A stretch of 64,000 nt of DNA from Negaprion brevirostris (taxonomy: Eukaryota): positions 41,623,208-41,687,207 of the forward strand of contig JARDVH010000084.1 of the NCBI GenBank assembly GCA_030324005.1, given 5' to 3'. Positions 1-11,095 of this stretch are shown here, in pieces (within the stretch, counting starts at the first letter, position 1; each line of letters opens with the position of its first letter). The notes under the pieces were generated by a model, which searched no databases, had not been told where the DNA came from, and saw only the letters and a list, made by a program, of their open reading frames with translations. The position numbers and the translations under genes were made by a program.

Positions 1-286
1 CCTGGCGCCCCGCGATCGGGGGTTGGGGGGGATTGCACGGCCAGCGATGTGGGGCCACAGTGTTGGTCAGCAGTCGGGCTGGCTTGGCACTGACAGATCT
101 TTGCATGCACAGCGGCTGCCACCCTCTCCTGTGGGAATAGACCCCGCCCACAGCTATTTAATGAGATTTACATTAGGACACTCTGCAGTGCTCAGAGCGA
201 GAGATTCATTTTGAAAGCCAGACTGAACAAAGCAGTGGGATTTCCACGAATTCAGCACTTCGAATTTTTCTGGAAGAATTCCCCCC
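1..286. mobile_element. End of a GC-rich non-autonomous DNA element (possibly Harbinger-type)
   Basis: GC/CpG-rich block ending ctggaagaattcccccc, similar to GGGnnGAATT-type termini elsewhere in the window. Confidence 0.4.
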
Positions 287-692
287 ATGTTGTGCATTGC
301 ACTTTTCATATTGGATATTCTACTGGGTTTTAAAAATTAATTTTGTTGCAACTTTGAAGCAAACCACCCACGCAGGTTTTGTTTTCTTGAAGGTTTGTTT
401 CTTTGTCCCTTTAAAACACTATGGAGCTTAAGACAATCCTGTGATTAACAACAAGTAATTAATTCTCACATTGTTCCCTTCCTCTGCCTCCTCAGAGATG
501 TGACCAGTGCTTTGTCTATGAATTTGTAATGTGAGGAGTTGCATACATAAATCTGCATTTATTAGACTACAAATATTCAGCATTACTGCTCCAGAAGTGC
601 CTGTTAATGGAAAAATAAGTGCATGTTAAAGAAACAAAGTAGTCCTACTGGTTTTACTAAATAATTATATCCTTTATTCATTGCTAGCACAT

Positions 693-1137
693 GGGCTGGA
701 TTTTATGGGGCGCATGCCCCCTCTCACAACCAAAAAAAATTAAGCAAGACTTCTGCCCCTTTCTTGGGGGATGTGCCACCCCAGTCAATCAGATGACTAG
801 CTACACTTGGGGGTTAGGATAGAGAATGGCCTTGGGGGACTGCACCCTATAGGCCCAGGAGGGCCTCAGAAAAAGTCTCCCACCAACATGAACCCATGTC
901 ACTAAAGCTGTTGGGCTACCTGTGCAACATGGACCTTCTCCTGCAGCTAGTAACTGGAAGTGGCGGTAGCATGAGGCCCATAAATGGCCATTAATTGGTC
1001 ACAGGGCCTCTATAGTTCCACGCATGGGATTCAGACCAATGCCTCCCACCAGCCCCTTAAAAAATTTCAGTCAGCTCGGAGTAGAAGAACAAGATGTCAA
1101 GAAAGCCATCTACTGGTAGGGAGCAGAAAATCCTGTT
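693..1137. mobile_element. Decayed GC-rich TIR element
   Basis: Starts gggctggatttt and ends aaaatcctgtt (degenerate inverted termini); GC-rich interior. Confidence 0.35.
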
Positions 1138-1248
1138 GCATACTTAGGCAACTTGCCGTAACCACAATATTATATGTGCATAGTAATTTGTTGAATGCAC
1201 GAGTTTTCTGACTGTTAGAAGTAATAATCCTATCTCTTTCATGTTCAG

Positions 1249-1323
1249 CATGCACATGTGTCAATGGCAGAAGTGATTGGTCTGTTAGGTGGACGGTATT
1301 CCTCAGGAAAGAGGGTATTGGAG
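1249..1323 (+). CDS. MYSM1: MYSM1 internal coding exon (MPN domain start, [25 protein letters not shown])
   Basis: ttcag acceptor and GAG|gtaagt donor; 75 nt, phase 0/0; translation matches vertebrate MYSM1 [16 protein letters not shown], which carries the JAMM Glu. Confidence 0.95.
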
Positions 1324-1637
1324 GTAAGTAGGAGTTTGGATTGGTTCCCCTTTTAACCTCCCTTATATTTCATTTGCCAAGGAAATAGGTTAGAGTGTTT
1401 GGATCCACTTTAAAACCCACTAAAATTGGCAGAAAAGCTAATTCTTCCAATTAAAATTTAAGGGATCAATTGTTATATGGTAAATGAATGAAAAACATAT
1501 CCACTCAATGGTTGAAATAGGGATGTTAAACTAACAGAGATTGTTAACATTCAGAAAACTGTGTTCTGATGACGAGAAATTTCTTTTGACATCCTAGTGA
1601 AATAATGTCTAAGTAAAAGATTATTTCCTGTTTTCAG

Positions 1638-1826
1638 ATCTGTGTTGCAGAGCCATGTAATAGCTTAAGCACAGGATTACAGTGCGAGATGGACCCAGTG
1701 TCACAAACGCAGGCATCAGAAGCCCTAGCTGGAAGAGGATACAACATTGTTGGATGGTACCACTCACATCCTGCATTTGATCCAAATCCATCCTTAAGGG
1801 ATATTGACACCCAGGCTAAATACCAG
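1638..1826 (+). CDS. MYSM1: MYSM1 exon with JAMM motif ([23 protein letters not shown]...[24 protein letters not shown])
   Basis: ttttcag acceptor, CAG|gtac donor; 189 nt in frame with ORF 1689..1886; intact HxH-x7-S-x2-D zinc motif. Confidence 0.97.
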
Positions 1827-2285
1827 GTACAAACTCAGCGAAGGTCCAGAAATGAAAAATATACCAATTATGCATCAAAGGTTTAAAAAGAAACTACTTA
1901 GGTATATTGCATTCAGAGACGCTGGTTGTGAAGAAATAATATGCAACAAGTTTTCATTAATCTTTAGTGGGCATCATAATGTCATCTGTGTTTCCCAGCT
2001 TTAGTAATTCAGTAATTCTGTACTCAAAAAGGAGACAAAACAGCAATAATTGGGATGCATTGAGTTCATTAAATTGCAAAAATCTGAGTATTTTTCCCCA
2101 TTCCATAGCTTAATGACATGGGGGGATGGGGTAGAAACTATTTTCAGGCGCTGGTGTAGAACAGGCAATATCTGATCAGGTACAGTGAATACTGGGCAGC
2201 TCACCTCATGTTGCTTGATTTTTGCCACTGCCTGAAACAAATTTCTACACCAAAGTATTTATACAAATTATAGATTAGCTTTGTT

Positions 2286-2679
2286 CTCCGGAGCAGTGTA
2301 CCTGGTGGCCTTGGTGAGTGTTGGATTTACTTTAAAACGCTGTCTGACTGCACTTCCGGTTCGCGGGGTTTCTGTCTGTGCATTTTACTTCTGTACCAGA
2401 AGTTAGGCAAGGGGATAGTCGGGAAGGGGGAGCGGGGGGTATAAAAAGAAGGGAGTGATAGACAGCGGGCAGCGTNNNNNNNNNNNNNNNNNNNNNNNNN
2501 NNNNNNNNNNNNNNNNNNNNNNNNNNNNNNNNNNNNNNNNNNNNNNNNNNNNNNNNNNNNNNNNNNNNNNNNNNNCTCACATACACACAGGGCAGGGTAG
2601 GTGTAGGAAGATGCGGCGGCGTGGGCTCGTTGGGCCGAAGGGCCTGTTTCCCGTGCTGGGTTGTTCTTTGTTCTTTGTT
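2286..2679 (+). mobile_element. Young CR1-type retroelement with both ends flanking a 100-N gap
   Basis: CpG-rich 5' part; gap 2476-2575; 3' end gggccgaagggcctgtttcccgtgctg with (ttctttgt)n tail; CTTTGTT at 2279-2285 and 2673-2679. Confidence 0.55.
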
Positions 2680-3878
2680 TTCAGGGATTCTGTTCCGTAT
2701 AATAGAGAATCGCAATATTCACCAATGTTACTATACAATGAGCTAAAAAGGTATTCTGAAATGTGAGCAAAGTCGGAATCATTGTTCATCTTTCCTTCTC
2801 CTGCTCCATTGGGAAAATAGGTCATGCTAGATTTTTTAATGAAGTGTAACTTGGGGAGCTGTTATTGCTCCAGGGGATCACCTGCGCCATTCTGGTATTT
2901 CCTGCCAGATATGAATGAGTATTATTTTACATAAATGATGGTACTATGTTGATATATTTTCACCTTAGCAGCATTAGGCTGTTAGAATCTTTGGTGAATC
3001 AAAAATCAAAGCATTCTTCACAGAAGACATTGCATTTCGAAACTTGCTTTACGCATTGTTTGAAAGTCTGTGTGGAATACTTAGTATTCCACATCAGTAA
3101 AATATAGTAAATGGAACACAATAAGGCACCCAGTTTACATAGGAATTATGTTTCAGTTCACGGGAAGAAATGCACAAGGAAAGGAAGACCAAGTTACAGG
3201 CTTTGTTATGTCACGTTAATCTTTAGTGCCACGTTGCTGTGGACATTGAAGGGGCCATTTAACTTCCATTAGAATGGCGAGCTTGAGCAATTGATCAGTG
3301 GCTAGTTAGTTGCACAGCCAGTGGGCACTGCTATAGTTGCATAGCCAGTGGCACTGCCATATTTGTCTTTTCGTGTTTTATTTCTTAAAACTCCACTAGG
3401 CTTGTTGTGTCCACCAGAGCATTTTCTGTATCTTCTTGAGCCATTGTCTTCGGCACAGGACCCAAAGCTTGCCAAAAATATTGAAATGACCCTCATTCCA
3501 GAAAATCGACCACGCTCACAGAAACATCATTCCAATAAGCATAATTCACGCTCAGCTGCATTTCAACTCTCACTCCTTTTGTCTGTTAGATATTGTGTCT
3601 GATAAGCCTTCTATAATAGGTCATTTTCCATCTTGACGTCACTTTGGATGTAAATGTGCAACAAGGTGAATATTCAAGCTTATGTTTCTTGCTTGTGCAC
3701 CAGTTACCATTGATTGCCCTACATAGAAAAACTTGTGATGGTGGTTTCTACAATTATTGTTACGCATTGGGCTTTTATATAACATCCTATATTGTATGTC
3801 AAAGAATGTGTGAAATACAAACTTACTCCCACTTTATTACAATGTTCAAGTCTGATTACTGGTTCCAATGCCTTTCAG

Positions 3879-4011
3879 AATTATTTTTCACGTGGAGGAG
3901 CTCAGTTCGTTGGGATGATCATCAGTCCGTACAATAGAAGTAACTCCTTGCCTTATTCCCAGGTCACATGTCTTATAGTTAGTGAAGAACTCAATGCAGA
4001 TGGCCGCTTCC
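3879..4011 (+). CDS. MYSM1: MYSM1 exon ([44 protein letters not shown])
   Basis: cctttcag acceptor, C|gtaagt donor; 133 nt, phase 0/1; matches MYSM1 YFSRGGAKFIGMIVSPYNR. Confidence 0.95.
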
Positions 4012-4310
4012 GTAAGTATGGGTAATTGAAAGCTTTCTACTTAATGTTTTTCAGGCAGGCAATTCAGTGTTTGCTACTGCCCCCATTTCCAATTTTCTTC
4101 ATCCTCTTCCTCCACTGAAATGTTTCAGATCTAGACTTCTGGGATTTCCATTTGTCCACAAACATGCATATTGACCTGCTTTTAGGAACAAGGTTAGCCT
4201 GGTCTGCCCCATATCCTTTAAGGCCTATAGTCAACTAAAATTTATTAATCTCAAATTTAAAATTAACGATTGATCTAGCATCAGTTCCCATTGGCAAAAA
4301 AGCATTCCAC

Positions 4311-4445
4311 TGTTAGGTTAGGGGCATGAGCCATGCCAAATTCTCCCTCAGTGTATCCTAACAGATACTGGAATGTGGTGACTAGGGAATTTTCACAGTA
4401 ACTTCATTGCAGTGTTAATGTAAGCCTATTGGGACACTAATAAAG
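4311..4445 (+). mobile_element. 5'-truncated tRNA-derived SINE (V-type core plus ...cacagtaacttcattgcagtgttaatgtaagcc tail) inside an old minus-strand CR1 fragment
   Basis: Same tail seen at about 17460, 28460, 29930 and 41930. Confidence 0.75.
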
Positions 4446-5495
4446 AAGTAAATTGTTTCAATCTTCTACCATCCATTGCACATGGCATCGTTTTCTAATT
4501 TCGTTCCTGGAAGGTCTGACTCTAATTCTCACACTATGCCTCTAGTGCTAAACTCCCAACAAATGGAAATAATTTCTCTCTACCATGTCTATTCCTCTTG
4601 AAAACTTCAGTCAAATTACTCCTTAAACTTCTAAATCCCAGGGCGTACAATCTTAGTTTGTGTAATATCAAACTTAAACCCTTAGAGTCCAAGCAAAATA
4701 TTGGTCAACCTATGCCATACTCCCTTCAACACTATATATTTGCCTTGGATGTGGTAGCCAGAACTCTTTGCACTATTCCAAGTGTGTTAAGTTGCAGTAA
4801 ACCATTTGTCACATCCTGCCAATTAAATTACGTTATTCCCACTCGATGTCAGCTGCTGCTTAGTTAATTTTCTAGCTTTGTCAATAATTTGTCTTCAGTT
4901 CCACAGACTTCAGCTTTAGCTAATAGTCTCCAATGAGGAACTCTATCAAGTGCCTTCTGGTAGTCCGTAATAACATCCAGAGACATTTTCTGTCCACAGC
5001 TATAATTATCTTTCAAAATGTTCTATCAAGTCTGACAGGCACAATCTCATTGCAAATCCATGCTGGCTTTTACCAATCAATGAAAAACTTTCAACGTTTT
5101 CAATCACTTTCTCCTTCATCATCGATCCTAATTTCCTGACAACTGATGTTAGGATGGTCTGTAGTTGTTTGGTTGCCTTCTTTCGGTTTGCTTAAATAGC
5201 TGAGTGGCAGGCACCGTTTTCCAATCTGAAGATGTGATTCCCGAACTGAGAGAACTTTATTGCTATTACTTGCAATAATTTTGGTAAGTTCCCATATCTG
5301 ATTTAATATTAGTTTACTTTGATCTTGTTGAAAGATCTATAGTTTAGTCAATGCAGCTGTCAAAGCAAACATTCTCTCTCAAACATTGTCTCTGTTTAAT
5401 TTAAGGAATCTCCTTTGATAGAAGATTTCCGATAAAGTTTGCAGATAATGTTGAATGTTGAGCCACTGTTGAACCTGTGTTTTCTTTTAACATAG

Positions 5496-5601
5496 GACTT
5501 CCATATAAATGTGAGTTGAAGCAATTGAATGAAGAGCCTCTTTGGGTGCAAATGATAGACAAAGCACGTTGGATATTGGAGAAATACAAGCTATCCCTTA
5601 G
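5496..5601 (+). CDS. MYSM1: MYSM1 exon (RLPYKCELKQLNEEPLWVQMIDKARWILEKYKLSLS) ending at a GC donor
   Basis: catag acceptor; 106 nt, phase 1/2; ends AG|gcaagt; matches MYSM1 RLPYKFE...RWIIEKYRLSHS; not in the supplied ORF track. Confidence 0.92.
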
Positions 5602-5703
5602 GCAAGTAATAAAATACAGATATTTGATTTAGGGAATGAATTTCATCATCCACTTGTAAAAGTGCTAACTCTATTTTTTGTCCTGCTTCTAGTGGCTGGC
5701 TAT

Positions 5704-5874
5704 GTAAGAAGTACCACAACACCAGGTTAAAGTCCAGCAGGTTTATTTGGAATTACAAGCTTTCGGAGTGCTGCTCCTTCATCAGGAGTCATATGATGAA
5801 GGAGCAGTGCTCCGAAAGCTCGTGATTCAAAATAAACCTGTTGGATTTTAACCTGGTGTTATGAGACTTCTTAC
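5704..5874. repeat. About 80 bp inverted repeat, Penelope-like derived palindrome
   Basis: Arm 5704-5784 is the reverse complement of 5794-5874 with a 9 nt spacer; a related single arm is at about 37515-37598. Confidence 0.85.
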
Positions 5875-6169
5875 TGCGTCCAACGTTGGCATCTCCACCT
5901 TAATTGAAAATGACCACTCCCTTACTTTGTGCAGCAGAATGATTTAAAATTGGGATATTCCGTTTGATTACATATTACTGTTCTTTGTGCACCTCTGAAA
6001 TTCAGCAACATGCTTAATTCAAGCTATCTGTTTCACTCTGAACTCACCGATGCCTATATCCGGATATTATATTGTGAGATTGCCCCCTCCACTGGGTTAA
6101 CCGTTTGAATGTCTACCCTGCATATCTTCTCATATTCAGACTTCGTTAGAAGTTTTATTTGCATATCGT

Positions 6170-6330
6170 TTTATTCATTCATGGGACATAGGTGTCACTG
6201 GCTGGCCAGCATTTATTGCCCATCCCTTGGAGGGCAGTTGAGAGTCAACCATATTGCTGTGGCTCTGGAGTCACAAGTAGGCCAGACCAGGTAAGAACAG
6301 CAGATTTCTTACCCTAAAGGATATTAGTGG
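6170..6330 (-). mobile_element. SINE 3' fragment, same family as 54550-54910
   Basis: Shares ctggccagcatttattgcccatc and gtaggccaga..aggtaag..cagatttc with 54550-54730. Confidence 0.75.
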
Positions 6331-6384
6331 ACATTGGTATATCTTTCCGATGAGCACTTAGATACCAGGTTTGCACCTGTAGAA

Positions 6385-8150
6385 AACATAGTAAAGTATC
6401 AGCACAGAAAGAAGCTATTGGGTTCAATGTGTCTCTCCCGGCAGAAAGAAAGCAAGTTCTGGCTGCGACGCTTTAGATGCTTCTACCATCCTTCTGGGCA
6501 CTGAATTCGAGACCTCTACTACCCTCTGCATGAAAACAAATTCTTCTCAACTCCCCTTTAATCCCTCTGTTCTAAATCTCTGATCCTGCTTATTAACCTC
6601 TCTGCTGTGGTCTATCCTGTTCATTCTAGTCCCTTCATAATATTATACACTTAAATCTTTCCAGAGCTGCCTCTGATCCAATGAAAACACCCTAGCTTAT
6701 CCAATATTTCCTCATAACTAACATTCTTCATTCCCGCAACTTCCTTGTAATAGCTTCTCTGTAACCTATCTAGTGTGCTCATATTCTTTCTATAATGTGG
6801 TAACCAGAGTTATGCACAGTACTTTAGTTGTGTCCTAAACAGTGGTTTATGGTGTAACTTGTTCTTGCATAATCTCGCTGCTCTGTTAATAAAGAAAAAT
6901 ATCTCTTATGCCTTCTTAACTAGCTTATGGACATGCCCCATTCCTTTAGGAATCAGTGGACAAGCACTCAATGTTCCCTTTGTTCCTTTCAGTATCCGAT
7001 TACTTATTGTGCATTCCCCTACCTTGTTTGCCCTCCCCAAATACATGCATAGAATCCATATAGTGCAGAATGAGACCATTTAGCTCATCTAATCTGTACC
7101 GACTACAATCCCACCCGGTCTCTATCCCCATAACCCCACGTATTTACCTGGCAGCACCCCCTGACACAAAGGGGTAATTTAGTATGGCCAATCTGCCTAA
7201 CCCGCGCATCTTTGGATTGTGGGAGCAAATCGCAGCATCCACAGGAAGCCCATGCAGATATGGGAAGAATCTGTAAACTCCATGTACACAGTGACCCAAG
7301 GCTGTAATTGAACCCAGGTCCCTGGCACTGTGAAGCAGCAGTGCTAACCACTGTGCCCACCATGCCGCCCCTATTACGTTACCTTACACATCTCCAGATT
7401 GAATTTCACTTGCCTTTTCCCCGCCCTTCTGTCCAGCCAATTAATGTTTTCCTGCAGTATCTTTCTCATTATCAACTGTGCAAACAACTTTTGTATTATC
7501 TGCAAACTTCTTAATCACTCTTACATTTCAATTTAAGTGATTGATACATATCACAAAATGTAAGGGACACAGTGGAATCCTACTGGAACAAACGTCTAGT
7601 CACAAAAACATCCATTGCCCATTACTCTGCATTCTGCCACTGAGCCAGTTTGGGGTTCAACTTGTCACTTTCCCTTGTACTTTGGGCAAGTCAGCCATGT
7701 GTGACCTTGTCAAAAGCCTTGCTATAGTCCATGTAAATTATGTCAACGTGCAACCCTCATCAAGCCTCCCTGTTCCCCCTTCAAAAAATTCAGTCGTATT
7801 AGTCAGGCACGACGTTCTCATGAAAAGAATTTCCATGTTAACTATCCTTAATCTATGCCTTTTGAAATGATGATTTATATTGTCCATCAGAATATTTTTC
7901 AATAATCTGCCAATCATCAAGTTTAGGCTGCATGGCCTATGATTACTTTATTTATCCTTTTTTCCCCTTGGAACAATTGTATAACATAAGCAATCTTCCA
8001 GTCCTCTGGCATCATGCCTGTAGTCAGAGAAGTTTGATAAAGGCTAGTCAGAGCTTCCGCTCTTTCTTCCCCTGTTTCTCTTAGACTGAAATATATTTCG
8101 CCCAGGCCTGGCAATTTATCTACTTTCAAAATGCAGAGCCCCTTAATGGT
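6385..8150 (-). mobile_element. Degenerate CR1 LINE ORF2 3' portion, interrupted by a SINE
   Basis: Minus-strand remnants DKLPGLGEIY, PEDWKIAYVIQLF, RTSCLTNTTEFFE typical of CR1 RT. Confidence 0.8.
7048..7370 (-). mobile_element. HE1/V-type tRNA-derived SINE, full length, with CR1-like tail
   Basis: Reverse strand: ggcatggtgggcacagtggttagcactgctgc (A box), gggttcaatt (B box), V-type core, tail ...gattctatg. Confidence 0.85.
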
Positions 8151-8494
8151 GTTTTCTTTTATTATTGTTGTTTAGTTCTGATGGTAGCAGAGACCTAAAT
8201 TTAGGACTTTACTTGGTTAAAATGAAGTTGATTGCGTGCCACATGTCAATAAAAACTGGAATAAACTTGCACTATCTATTCAGTGCATATAATATTGTAT
8301 GCCAACTGCAATCACAGATTGATGCTGAACTCTTAGATCAAAATAACAAAATCTTCCACAGAGTCAGGGAAGTACAGTGACTGCCAGTTAATTATAGAAG
8401 GCCATTTGATCCATTTTGATCCATTTATCCAAGGAACCCTACAATCTCTCCTTTTCAGCAATGAATGGCTTCTTAAAGTGTTCCAGGATTTTCA

Positions 8495-9285
8495 GTCGAC
8501 ATGGTATGGGAGCATGGGCCTTATACTAAACATCCGTAAAACAAAAATCCTCTACCACATCTCCCCGCTGCATTAGCAAAATCCACAATAAGGCTTTGGA
8601 CAACGTGAACCAATTTCCTTAGGCTGGGAGCCTACTGTCAACAAGGGCAAACATTGTTGATGAGGTTTAAAGCCATCCTTAGTATGCCAATGCAGCTTTA
8701 AGCAGAGTGTTTGAAGACCAGGACCTCAGACCCAGCATCAAGCTCATGGTCTGTAGAGCAAGATCTAGCAAATCGATTGGCAGGATAGGTGAACCAACAT
8801 CAGTGTTCTTGCTCAGGCTAATGTTCCCCAGCATTGGAGCATTGACCATGCTCCATCTCTGCAGGTTAGGCCACATCGGTCATATGCCAGACGTGAGACT
8901 CCCAAAACAAGCACTCTACTTGGAGCTTCAACCCCCATGCAAGCCCCATGACAGCTGAGGAAATGCTTCAAGGACACCCTCAAAGCCTCTTTGGAAAAGC
9001 GCAACATCCCCACTGACACTTGGAACTCCCTGGTCCAAGACCACCCAAAGTGGATGAAAAGTATTCGGGAAAGAGCTGAACATTCAGAGTCTCTTAGCCG
9101 AGAGCAAGCTGAAGCCAATCATTGACAACGAAAGGTGTACCTTTCAATTCAGACCCATTCCTCCAACTGCTGTCTACCCTCCATGACACTATAGGTCATG
9201 TATTGAACTCCTTAGTCACCTGAGAACTAATTTTTAATGTGGAAGCAAGTCATCCTTGACTCTGAGGGGCTGCCTATGAAGAAGA
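8495..9285 (+). mobile_element. RTE-clade LINE 3' fragment
   Basis: Remnants MGLILNIRKTK, GHIGHMPDVRLPKQALY, FKDTLKASLEK; short-repeat tail ...gcctatgaagaaga. Confidence 0.8.
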
Positions 9286-10489
9286 CCAAGACGCTTATGA
9301 TACAGTCATTGTTTTATTTAACTTGTATTCTACTATTTGGCATGTAATTCTGTGTTTTATTGACTTTGTTAATTGCTGCTGGTAATAGATTGGATGTGTT
9401 CAACATTGAGCTTATCAGTATCCGTGGGCTTTTTTTGATTTAATTCTTGGGCTATTTTGCTGTTATTCTTGGAGGATCTTTGCTGATTTTTTTCTTCCTA
9501 TGTTCAATCCACTTGGGCTGGATCTTCCTCTTTGAATGAACACTCATTAGCCTGTTTTCAATTTGTTGGTACCTCTCCATCATAATGATTATAAATGTCT
9601 GCCAAACTTCTCTCTATTTGGTTAGGGGATGGAGGAAGTAATCCTTCACAATCTTATGTTGTCTTCAGTTTCAAGTCCACTTGCATTTTTTAGGGTTGTC
9701 ACCCCTTGTTGCTGATGTACTGGAATTTTTTTTCACTATTATTAGTTTACATTGCATGTTTTATTCCGAGACGTCTCTTTGCTCTTTTGATTTCCATCAG
9801 ATTTTCAACATTTTCTCATTGTCATCTCATTGACTGCTTTCATCTTCATTTACTTTTTAATTTGATAATCCATAATTTGAACATGTTATTTTTCTATATA
9901 TAGTTAAGATTGTCCAAAATTATTCCTTTTAAAGGTGTTCTCTGCTAAATTATCATTGGTCAACCCATTCTAATTTTTTTCCCTTCCTGTCTCAAATCAT
10001 TGTATTAACACCTCTAAAATCCATGCCCATCTTTCCCGGAATTCCAGGTTGAATACCTCCTAACAGATTTCCACCCCTGTTGCAATACTAAAATGATATC
10101 CTTTGTGACTGTGACAAAGATGAACTATTCCTTCCCACCTATCTGACACATCTCCAGCCTTTGACATGGTTGACTCCAATNNNNNNNNNNATTTCTCTGC
10201 TGCTAATCATTTGTGTAACGTTGCAATTTGCTGATTCCAATCTAATTATAGCTAGAACGTTATTTGCAATGCCTTTTCTTCCAATTTCAAGACTCTTGCC
10301 TCTGGTGTTCCCCCAAAATCTATACTTGATGCCCTCCTATTTTTCATTATATGCTGCCTTTTGGTGACATCATCTGAAAATACAGCTTTATTTTTCACAT
10401 GTACTCACGACACCCAGCAACCAAAGTGTTCACAAGCTTGTTATCATATTTAATCCCAAAATGAGCTTCTGATCACAACATCGCAATAT

Positions 10490-11095
10490 CACTCAGATTA
10501 CCTATTTCTACCTTCATAATAATGCTAATTTGCTGCTAAAACCTTTATCCGTGCCTTTGTTACCTCTAGAATTGACTTTCCAACATACTCCTGACCAGCC
10601 TCCCCTATTCTACACTTGGAAAATTAGGAGTCATTCAAAACTCTGCTGCTCAAGTCTTAATGATCTCTGTGTTTCCTGACCTACATTGGCTCTCAGCCCA
10701 GCAGTGATATGATTTTTAAATTCTAATTCTTGTTTTTAAACCCTCCATTGCCTCACCCCCTCCCTATCTCTGTAATTGTCTCCGGACCCACAGCCCTCTG
10801 AAATATCTGCACTCTTCTAATTCCGACATCTTTTGCATCCCAGATTTTAATTGCTCCATCAGTGTTGGCTTTTAGCTGCCTTTGCCCCTAAGCTTTGGAA
10901 TTAATTCCCTAACCTTCTCGTAATCTCTCTTGCCTGCTATAATACACTGCTTAAAACCTACCTCTTTGGCCAAGCTTTTGGCCAGCTCCCTTAATATCTC
11001 CATTTGTAGCTGGGGATCCAGTTTTGGCTTGTAATTCTTATGTGAAACACCTGGAAAAATCTTATTATATTAGGTTACCATATAATGCAAGCTTT
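10490..11095 (+). mobile_element. L2-type LINE 3' fragment
   Basis: QNSAA..L, LHWL, FKF/ILI remnants and cttaaaacctacctcttt...tgtgaa tail; homologous to 20070-20440 and 57170-57640. Confidence 0.75.

Noticed and set aside
5704-5874. Palindrome as a CRISPR repeat or bona fide miRNA gene
   Set aside because: Eukaryotic context, single unit, and a homologous single arm near 37515 shows transposon origin
7290-7370. tRNA-like A/B box sequences (also near 18150, 27800, 29570, 42170, 50750, 53800, 54860)
   Set aside because: They are heads of tRNA-derived SINEs continuing into core and tail; no intact cloverleaf
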